DNA from: Balanoglossus misakiensis
Taxonomy: Eukaryota > Animalia > Hemichordata
Length of the DNA stretch: 64,000 bases
NCBI GenBank assembly: GCA_040954595.2
Contig: CM082588.2
Coordinates: forward strand, 9,656,844-9,720,843
Direction of reading: 5' to 3'
Shown: positions 12,971 through 21,746 of the stretch, piece after piece
Numbering within the stretch: the stretch's first letter is position 1
How the letters are laid out: each line of letters opens with the position of its first letter
Made by a program: the position numbers and the translations under genes
Notes under the pieces: model-generated
The model's database searches: none
What the model saw: only the letters and a program-made list of their open reading frames with translations
Told to the model about the DNA's origin: nothing

Positions 12971-14019
12971 CAGTGTTTTCTCCAGGACGCGCGATTGCGT
13001 GATTCCCCCTCTTTTACACTTGAATCGCCCCTTGAACTTGTTACAAGGGGCGATTCAATCACCCCTTTCTTGAGCAGCCCACCCAGCCAGTACATGTGCG
13101 TCCATGCCTCCATAGCATGCACTGTCAGTCAAAACACTGGGAAAATGGCCGATATTACTGCATGCTGGCCTATACATTTTAACTTCCCACCCCCAAAACT
13201 ATGTTGTAGATGTCTTTCACATTCAATTATGTGTACTTTAGCTCCAGGGCTATAGTGTGCAATTATTGGAACAGCCAAAGAGTTCTATCTGGACACCGTC
13301 TAAATTTAGAGCACACATTCAAGTGAACTTGTTGTTATGGTGACCTTTGAAATTGGGTTGGCAGAACGTAACAATTTTATGCAAATTAAGAGAACTGCGT
13401 TCATGCCATGGCGATTATCAAGAATGTATCATTTTTCCGTGACCTCGTTTTCTTACTTAGGAAGGAAAGTCATTCAATATGTACAGTGACTGTTTACTTT
13501 GAGTAGTGTGCCTAGCCACGTACAGATGGGGAAGTGTACTGCAGAAATCTGAAGGAAAATATACCATTTCAATTTATTCCACTATTAATGGTTTCACAGT
13601 CTAATATTTTGGCAGCTAAACTGAAACTTTTAAAAGCAAACAAGATAATTTTTTCCCAGGTATGGTATTAAAGAAAGACACTATTGTTTTTGCAGTTGCA
13701 TTTATTTTATTCATTTCACTCTCCTTGCCAGGGGAGCAGTTCTTAGTCACTCTCCTACCACTTGTGTAAATAATTTCAGGAAAGTTATTTTCAGCTCTCC
13801 AGCATTTTTTAAATTACACGCCCTGAAAGTTATGCAAGCTGGAGTGTTCCTGTGCAAAACCTACTAATTTATTATTCAAAATGGTCATTACTTGATATTT
13901 ACCTAAGTAACATAAATTATGCAAATCATGATTCCCCCCTATTTTGACCAAATCCCCCCTTAATTTTAGACTAAGGGGGAACATTCCCCCCTTCTCTCAA
14001 CATCCTGGAGAAAACACTG
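12971..14019. mobile_element. Non-autonomous hAT-like MITE with apparent 6-bp TSD; duplicate at 23051-24099
   Basis: 17-bp TIR CAGTGTTTTCTCCAGGA...TCCTGGAGAAAACACTG flanked by GGTAAG/GGTCAG. Absent from the paralog at 8012-8025. Confidence 0.85.
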
Positions 14020-14353
14020 GGTCAGCGATGTAAAGGAGTAGCTCTAAGTGAGCGCTGTTTAAGGCGCGGTGGGGACAGTAGGGGTCCATGTGCCCGCCAA
14101 TCATATGCTGTCTGAAGCCCGCCGGAGGGAAAGTTTCCCGGGCTTGTCATTGCCACTTTTGCATTCGGCAGAGCAGCAGGCTGGACACGGGACGCTATTC
14201 CCTTCCGTAGTGTCAAGCGACACTGACAGCGGACTGTACGTTTATTCAAGTGGTACACTTTGACTTTCACGATCCTTGAGACAGCGGAACTGACCCATTC
14301 AGAGGTATTGTCACGATTTCTGAGATTATCGCTAACCTACCTTATCCACAGTT

Positions 14354-14887
14354 TTGAGACTTGGCTCGAACGCTCCCCCGATTGACACTGCTACTTTTGC
14401 CGCGCCGGACTGGCGAGAAAAAAGGGCAACACTGAAAACGCCTCAAACGCTACCTAGGGGTAGGCCCGTGCCTGATCCTTCGCTCGTTATATCTGGGTCT
14501 GTACCTGAATCAGTGCCCGCGCCGGACTCTGAAGTACAAAACTGGGCCGATCAACATGGGATCTTACTGCCAACTCTGAATGTGTTAGCGGCCAACGGGT
14601 TTACTACGATGCAAGTGGTCAGATTAATTCATCATGACGATTTATATTTCATGAAGATATCTCCTCTTGCCCAGTTTCGGCAATTGGACGCAGCGCTTAT
14701 CGAGCTTGCCGGAACCGTGCGCCCTCGCATACGACGGCCGGACAACAATACACAGACAACATGGTGGCCCCCAGTACATCAGACTCCCACGAAGCCAGTT
14801 CAGCGAGCGCGAAGACCGTCGACTCCGAACAGGCACAACAGGCAAGTCGAGGAGAAGTTGGACTGGACTCGCTGCTTCAGGCGTTGA
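14354..14887 (+). CDS. Ngaro ORF1 N-terminal part with SAM-like helical motif; out of frame with the rest of gag
   Basis: WADQHGILLPTLNVLAANGFTTMQVVRLIHHDDLYFMKISPLAQFRQLDAAL resembles the SAM-domain pattern. Frame is open from 14336 and has no ATG before the motif. Confidence 0.5.
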   Translation: MRLGSNAPPIDTATFAAPDWREKRATLKTPQTLPRGRPVPDPSLVISGSVPESVPAPDSEVQNWADQHGILLPTLNVLAANGFTTMQVVRLIHHDDLYFMKISPLAQFRQLDAALIELAGTVRPRIRRPDNNTQTTWWPPVHQTPTKPVQRARRPSTPNRHNRQVEEKLDWTRCFRR

Positions 14888-15630
14888 ATATCAACGCGGG
14901 ACCACTGAACAATGACCTGACCCTGCCCAGGAAGATACCTCAGCGCATGGACTTAGAACCCATGGTGTATTTAAAACCGGCGTCCATGGCAGGTTTGAAA
15001 TTTTATGACATTGTTGACTATGTACCAAGCTCCCTACAGGCTAAGGTCGACCAAAAAGTGCTGGCCTTTGGAGCGGGGGAAAACAAACTGGTGTTTGAAT
15101 TGGGTCCATCAAAACCCAAATTAGGGTCGGTGACCCCTCAGCAATGGTCTGCGGCCAACTCTCGCATTTTGTACGAACTCATTTCAAAGCACAATTACAA
15201 CCTTACTCAAGTACAAGAGTATTCAGCATACACCATTAAAGTGTGTCAACTGGCAGACCGATATGAATGGGTGTCTGTTTTGCATTATGATCGGGAGTTC
15301 CGTAAACTACAAGCGGCCTATAATTTACCATGGGGAACTGACTCCCAACATTTGTCCACTGTGTATTTGAGGGAAAAAGGGGCAGTGCAAAACAAAGCAC
15401 GGGGGTCATATCAGGTCAAAAATGGTAAGTCTACTTCTGTGGCGCCCGTTGATGTCAAGACAGGACAACCCATTTGTATCGGTTGCAATAAAGGGGATTG
15501 CAAGTTCGGGGTAAAATGTAATTACAGTCATATATGTTTGGATTGCAAAAAGGGCCATTCCAAAATCAACCACCCAAACTTGTCAGGGGGGAACCAAAGA
15601 GCGAGAACAAGCCACTTCAAGGGTAACTGA
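14761..15630 (+). CDS. gag: Ngaro gag-like protein
   Basis: WVSVLHYDREFR motif and C-terminal C-x5/6-C-x5-C-x3-H-x-C-x2-C-x3-H zinc fingers, typical of DIRS/Ngaro gag. Confidence 0.85.
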   Translation: MVAPSTSDSHEASSASAKTVDSEQAQQASRGEVGLDSLLQALNINAGPLNNDLTLPRKIPQRMDLEPMVYLKPASMAGLKFYDIVDYVPSSLQAKVDQKVLAFGAGENKLVFELGPSKPKLGSVTPQQWSAANSRILYELISKHNYNLTQVQEYSAYTIKVCQLADRYEWVSVLHYDREFRKLQAAYNLPWGTDSQHLSTVYLREKGAVQNKARGSYQVKNGKSTSVAPVDVKTGQPICIGCNKGDCKFGVKCNYSHICLDCKKGHSKINHPNLSGGNQRARTSHFKGN

Positions 15631-15661
15631 CCTGCCCACCCCTCCCCCCTTCCCTTCAGCC

Positions 15662-16942
15662 TTACGTTATGAAGCCTGGGTTACTGAAATTTGCCCCAAT
15701 GACCCAGACAAAGATTTTATTCTTGACGGGATTGAACAGGGTTTTTGCATTGTCGATCCTGGTTCTAATATCCGCCCTGCTGAGACAAATAATTACAAAT
15801 CTGCAACGGACCCCTCATTTCGTGTTGCAGTGGAGGAACAAATTTTGGTTGAGTTGAGTGAAGGTCGTTATGAGGTCACATCTGACAAACCAACTATTGT
15901 AAGCGCACTGGGGACCATTCCCAAACAAAACTCACCAGATGTTAGACTGATTCATGATTGCAGTCAACCGCCCAATTTTGCAGTCAAAGACTATGCAACT
16001 AATCCTTCGTTTTCCTTCCAAACCTTTGGGGAGGCCACCAAATTAATTAAGCCAGGGTCCTTTTTAGCTAAGGTGGATTTGAAGTCTGCATACAGGTCTG
16101 TCCGTATCCATCCATCTAATTATAGTGCTACTGGGTTGAAATGGACCTTTTCTAACATGCAAGAGGCTACTTATATGTTCGACACGAGGATCCCATTTGG
16201 AGCCAAAAAGGCCCCCATCATTTTTCACCGTCTCACCCAAGCTGTGCGTAGGATGATGCATCGCAAGGGTTATGTTTGTTTAGTGGTCTACCTTGATGAT
16301 TTCCTCATTGTTGCAGATACTTACCAGGAGTGCCAAATTGCCCTGAACACCCTTATTTCATTGCTTCGTAAGTTAGGGTTTGCTATTGCTTGGGGTAAGG
16401 TTGAGAGACCCACTCAACGGTTAGTATTTTTAGGTATTGAAATTGATACCCGCGCTTTTACTGTTGCCTTGCCGCTGCCAAAGCTTCATGAGCTTTATTC
16501 ATTGCTGCTTATTTTTCGCACAAAAACACGTGCATCCCGCCGCCAGCTGCAATTCCTTGCTGGGAAATTAAACTGGGCTTGCCAGGTCATTGTCGGAGGT
16601 AGGACTTTCCTCCGTCGCATCCTGGATTGCATTAATAATCTCCGCCAACCTTCTCATAAAGTTATCCTTGGTAGGGAATTTAAGGCCGATCTTGATTGGT
16701 GGATTCGCTTTTTACCACATTTTAATGGCACTTACAAGATTCTGAATACAGACCCTATAACTGATGTGCATACAGATGCTAGCAACACCGCTGCCGGTGC
16801 TTATTTTAGGGGGGATTGGGTGTACACCAGGTGGGCTGACTGGCCATCTACTTCACACTTCATATTAATTACAAAGAGGTGCTGGCTGTTGCAGTGGCAG
16901 CACAAAGATGGGCACCTGTGTGGGCAAATCATAGAGTTGTAA
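15662..16942 (+). CDS. Ngaro reverse transcriptase and N-terminal half of RNase H
   Basis: KVDLKSAYR, IPFG, YLDDF, FLGIEID and TDAS motifs. The frame is open upstream of the annotated GTG (LRYEAWV...DFILDGIEQGF). It frameshifts near 16855-16861. Confidence 0.93.
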   Translation, partial: LRYEAWVTEICPNDPDKDFILDGIEQGFCIVDPGSNIRPAETNNYKSATDPSFRVAVEEQILVELSEGRYEVTSDKPTIVSALGTIPKQNSPDVRLIHDCSQPPNFAVKDYATNPSFSFQTFGEATKLIKPGSFLAKVDLKSAYRSVRIHPSNYSATGLKWTFSNMQEATYMFDTRIPFGAKKAPIIFHRLTQAVRRMMHRKGYVCLVVYLDDFLIVADTYQECQIALNTLISLLRKLGFAIAWGKVERPTQRLVFLGIEIDTRAFTVALPLPKLHELYSLLLIFRTKTRASRRQLQFLAGKLNWACQVIVGGRTFLRRILDCINNLRQPSHKVILGREFKADLDWWIRFLPHFNGTYKILNTDPITDVHTDASNTAAGAYFRGDWVYTRWADWPSTSHFILITKRCWLLQWQHKDGHLCGQIIEL

Positions 16943-17379
16943 TTCACACGGACAGTATGTCTGCTATGGGTATGCTTAATAAGGGGACATGTCGCCATCC
17001 ATTCATGATGTCTGTGCTTCGTTCTCTATTTTGGCTCTCAGCTTCTTACAACTTCAGCATTCAAGCAGTTTATGTTCCTGGTAAACTCAATCACATTCCT
17101 GATGCCATTTCCAGGTTGCATCAACCAGGTCAGTTCATGAGGTTGCATACACTGCTCCACCCTTATGGAGAGCTCCACCCCACCTTCACCTTAGCTAGCT
17201 TCCCACTTCACATGCCTTATACTGCTGCTACCTTTCTTACTCGTCAGATCCAGAGATCAAACAGCTGGAGGAACATCTGGATAGGGAAGTGGCCACATAT
17301 AGAGGAAGTGCCTTTGCAGAAAATACACAGCGCACATACTCTGTCCACTGGAAGTCATACATCTCCTTTTGTGTTATGA
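16861..17379 (+). CDS. Ngaro RNase H C-terminal half (frameshifted)
   Basis: HINYKEVLAV, IHTDS and VPGKLNHIPDAISR RNase H motifs lie in the -1 frame relative to RT. Confidence 0.88.
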   Translation, partial: HINYKEVLAVAVAAQRWAPVWANHRVVIHTDSMSAMGMLNKGTCRHPFMMSVLRSLFWLSASYNFSIQAVYVPGKLNHIPDAISRLHQPGQFMRLHTLLHPYGELHPTFTLASFPLHMPYTAATFLTRQIQRSNSWRNIWIGKWPHIEEVPLQKIHSAHTLSTGSHTSPFVL

Positions 17380-18254
17380 TGGGTTACCCCCCTTTGCCAG
17401 CCAGTAGTGACCTGGTTTGTCGTTACACAGCCTACTTAGCTCGCCGTCTAAAGTTCAACTCAGTGAAGCAGTATTTAAATATTATTCGTATTTTGCACTT
17501 AGAGCATGGCTTCGCCAATCCACTCCAAGACAATTGGCTGCTGACTATGCTGTTAAAGGGCATAGCCAAAGTTAAGGGAACTACAGTTGCCAGGAAGCTG
17601 CCTCTCGCCCCCACATTGTTATTGGGCATTCACAGTCAGTTATGTTTTTCATCAGCCTTTGATTCTGTCTTTTGGGCAGCCTGCCTTGTGGGTTTCTTTG
17701 GGTTGCTGCGCAAATCCAATTTCTTAGTTCCTTCAGGCCCTAAGTTTGACCCAGACAAACATCTAACTAGGGCTTCCTTCCAGGTGCATGCATGGGGTCT
17801 CACCATCATTATTCAATGGACCAAAACGCTACAAACTCGGGATCGGGTTCTTCAAGTTCCTCTCCCATGGATTTGCAATCACCCATTATGCCCTGTTTCT
17901 GCAGTCCTTAGGGCATTTCAGCATTCTAAGGGGGCACCCCCTACAGGCCCAGCCTTTGTCATCCCTGCAGGTAATGGTAGCTTCCGCCCGCTCACTGTCC
18001 CACAGTTCACCTCAAAGCTCCGCACCCATCTTAGTCGCCTAGGGGTGCAGGTCAGTGAATATTCTTCACACAGTCTCCGTCGGGGAGGGGCATCCTGGGC
18101 AATACAGTGTGGGGTTCCCAGTGATATAATTAAGCTGATGGGGGATTGGAGGAGTGACGCATACCTTCGTTACTTGGTCCTCCCCCTCCCTTTCAAAGTT
18201 AACTCTGTTAAGCTTTGTGCCAAACAGCTTCCTTTTTCTACTTCTACATTGTAA
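17250..18254 (+). CDS. Ngaro tyrosine recombinase
   Basis: Catalytic residues R (LLRKSN), K (WTKT), HxxR (HSLRRGGA), W (GDW) and Y (AYLRY). The frame is intact. Confidence 0.95.
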   Translation, partial: PEIKQLEEHLDREVATYRGSAFAENTQRTYSVHWKSYISFCVMMGYPPLPASSDLVCRYTAYLARRLKFNSVKQYLNIIRILHLEHGFANPLQDNWLLTMLLKGIAKVKGTTVARKLPLAPTLLLGIHSQLCFSSAFDSVFWAACLVGFFGLLRKSNFLVPSGPKFDPDKHLTRASFQVHAWGLTIIIQWTKTLQTRDRVLQVPLPWICNHPLCPVSAVLRAFQHSKGAPPTGPAFVIPAGNGSFRPLTVPQFTSKLRTHLSRLGVQVSEYSSHSLRRGGASWAIQCGVPSDIIKLMGDWRSDAYLRYLVLPLPFKVNSVKLCAKQLPFSTSTL

Positions 18255-19316
18255 GCAAGTTTTCTATGACTACCACTACTATATTGGGTTTTTGGGAGAA
18301 TTTTGTAGTAAACACAGACAGACTTCAACTGTCCATTAGTATGTGTTTTTGTCAGTATTAAAGTTTCCCCCAAAGTTGTGCCCAATTTGTGTGTCCCAGT
18401 GTGGTTTGTGTGTGAGAGCCAGTGTGCCTTAAGGAGTAGCTCTAAGTGAGCGCTGATTAAGGCGCGGTGGGGACAGTAGGGGTCCGTGTGCCAGCCAAAC
18501 ATATGCTGTCTCAAGACCGCCGGAGGGAAAGTTTCCCGGGCTTGTCATTGCCACTTTTGCATTCGGCAGAGCAGCAGGCTGGACATGGGACGCTATTGAC
18601 CCACCCTCCCACCACACATTCCAGGGAATTTCTGCCTGTCTTTGTTGCTTTATATTATTTATATTTATTGTATTTATTAAAAGCATTGTTTGTATGCTTT
18701 GCATTGTTTTCATAGTTCTTTTGATAGTGTAGTTTTCAGGGGGAGAATTTTGTAGTAAACACAGACAGACTTCAACTGTTCATTAGTATGTGTTTTTGTC
18801 AGTATTAAAGTTTTCCCCAAAGTTGTGCCCAATTTGTGTGTCCCAGTGTGGTTTGTGTGTGAGAGCCAGTGTGCCTTAAACATTTCATACAACACTGCCT
18901 ACTAACAATAGTCATATCAATCTGACAAGGGAAGATGAAAAAACACATCTTTTCAAACTAGCTTACTGTGCGGACCAATTTCATTAAGCCCCATTGAACA
19001 GCTATATTTTCTTGAATTCTGGTTTTATAATTAATTTTGATTGATTGACATGTGTTTTACATCTAAATGCATCGCTTTGGGAACATTTTCTCGTATGTAT
19101 GAGATTATTAAATTGAACTTGTATATTTGCTGAGGGCAACTAAATGTTCAGTAAAGATGAGGAATGCTCAATGTTTGGATTGTCTTCAAAAAGATGACAA
19201 CAACTCAAGTCTCAAAAACTCTTTGTTTTGAATTTTGAATTGTTTTTGTTGCATCAGTAACGACTTCACATGTGGATGCCACATTTTGATTCTTAGCAAA
19301 TGTTGTATTTTGACAG

Positions 19317-21746
19317 AGAGGAGTCCATTCCTCAATCATATCACCCCGCAAACTGCCTGAACTCCAAAAACTTAGCGACAAAGCGTGAAGTACAGATGGT
19401 ACCTATGAAGGATTATGCGGCTGATCCACACCACATGATACTTCTCAAAGGTTATCAACTTGCTGGTAGGTATCTGTTGCTATGCAAATATTTGCAATCA
19501 TACCATCCTGATTCTAAAGTTCACAGGTCAAATATATAACTTGTTTATGTGGCCATTTACAACCAATTCATCATTTTGTGGTTTGTTAAAATGTTACTCG
19601 AAATCGGTACTTCCATGAAATGGTTGTAATATATTTAATAATATTTATTACACATCACAAATTATTATGCGCTCTTGGTTGGCTAATACTAAATATGATA
19701 GTACTTCATGACCTCTGCACACGAACTGTGCCTTACAGAAGTTATTTTCGCGAGTGATGCAGTGTATTCTGTTGCAGTACTTTCACAAGCCAAGCATTTT
19801 ATTCCCCATCATGTCAATGCCTGGCCAATGAATTACACATCCTCCTGAAAATTGCTGGTAGGTGAGAAATCAGTTTCCATGGTTGCATCCTGGATGAAAC
19901 ACTGGTACAGGTTCAAGACAAGTTTAGTGACATTGTGTAAATCCACAGAAGAATTTCACATCAACTGTATAATCTTCTATTTTTCTCATGATTGTGTTTC
20001 AGAAAAATCTGTGTCAAGTGGTGATACATAAGAGGTTGCCATCGTGAAACCTAAAACCATAGCAACCACTTCAGTGTCTACAACCACTACCACAACACGG
20101 CCACTGAAACCCGCATCAACAGTTACCATGTTTACAGCATCTACCTCCAGTATGACCTCAAATCCTCTCAAATCAACTGTTGGAAGTTCAACTCCAGGTA
20201 AAGTCTCCAGTGTTGCTTACGAGACATTTGTCAAATTAGGTCCGCACATAATTAGACCACCAAGTGAAGTGTGAGATATAGTAGAATATTGCCATGTTGA
20301 TCTTCACTACAATATTAGTTAAAGTTATATAGCACTCTGTGATCAACGAGTTGAAAATACAGCATGAGCTGTAGTCCCCTTCATCAGCTGTACACGTAGA
20401 ATGAACAGAGAAACAGAGAATCATGGGGTATTCAAAGTAGGAAATATGTGCAGGACCAGGTGCATCGATCAGAAAAATTTCCTACAGTGGATTTTCTATC
20501 TGAGGATGGTGACTTCATGACCGCGATATTGTGCCCTTGAGCGAGGCACTTTACTTCTCATTGCTCTTGGGAGACTGGCTTTGTAGAGGTGATTTGTGAT
20601 TTGCACCTGTTCTAGTCTTTCTACTAGACATATTTTCTGTGTTTGCGATTGATGAATTACTGTCTAATGGGAAATTTTTGTAAACTTCGCGAGAACCAAC
20701 AAATGCGAATTAAAAAGTCATATAAAAATGTTTTTCGGGGATATTGGTGCAGTTAGTGAAATATAAGAATGCGAAATTTAATTGTAGCATAACAGCTGTC
20801 TCTATTGATATTGCGAAAATTTCTTGTCACAGAAATTTCCCGTTTTACAGTTCATAAATAAATCAACTAGATCTTTTTACTGCAGATGCCACACCAACTA
20901 ATCATCTGTCACCTGGACAACCAAGTCAAATTGGAAGTCAGTCTCCACAACAACTGTCATCCTCTCAACAGAAACTGACTCAACCAAGTCAGCCCCAGAT
21001 GCAGGGCCAAGGTAAAAGGTCATCAATGCCTGTTGCCCAGCCTACCAGTTTACCAAACCAACCAGTATCCACTGTCACAGCAAACAGGACACAACAACCC
21101 AATGTGACTGTTTCAAGTATCCCCATGAGACAATTTTGTCCACCCAGGTACAGTTGTGGTGTACCTTCTACTTTATGAGATTCAAATTAGCTGTTTCTAG
21201 TTACCCATCTTGTGAATTGAAAGCTTTTTATGACTGTTTCACATAGCCTTGTGTTACCATATTCTATACAGTAAACTATTGTTTCAAAACACTTTCAAAA
21301 CTTCTGTTTTGGTTGCTAGAAACCCACTCTGTGAATGCAAAGACTCTTTTGGATAATGCCTGAGACTCAGTGATCAATTTCAATTTTTAATGAGATTAAT
21401 GTTGATAAGCCCTAATGTGGGTATGTGTGTTGAAAATAGGACTTAGAGAGTTGCAAGCTCAACATCGAATCAAAAATTGAAGTCATGAATTTAAAATGGG
21501 GTTTTTAATACTGGCCTTGATAATGCTTCATATTAACTAGGTTTGTTACTCTTTTTGGACAGGCAACTTCACCACCAACGATGACTTCCCAGCATGCACC
21601 AGCTGCTGCACTGAAAGCCGCAGAAGGTGTCATGCAAATGGCAAATGCTAGTCAGTTCAGTAAGACGCCACCAATTGCTGCTGTGAATCCTATCAACTCA
21701 CAGTCACGACAGAAATGGCCAGGTACTGATTCACAGCCACAAAGAG
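19317..21746 (+). pseudogene. MED25: Second copy of MED25-like exons (19317-19465, 20003-20197, 20886-21147, 21563-21746)
   Basis: Offset exactly 10,080 bp from the first copy, with the same stops and frameshifts. Confidence 0.8.

Larger units (their letters stand above)
14033..18879 (+). mobile_element. Ngaro-type tyrosine-recombinase (DIRS order) retrotransposon, copy 1
   Basis: Order gag, RT/RNase H, YR. Split direct repeats A1 14033-14199, B1 18294-18430, A2 18431-18597, B2 18741-18877. Empty site visible at about 8019-8035. Confidence 0.95.

Noticed and set aside
14842-14880. GC-AG intron repairing the gag frameshift
   Set aside because: It is only 39 nt and a multiple of three, so it would not change frame.
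17289-18254. Phage integrase next to an RT suggesting a prokaryotic system (prophage, retron, DGR)
   Set aside because: Gag zinc fingers, RNase H, split direct repeats and spliceosomal intron context identify a eukaryotic Ngaro retrotransposon.
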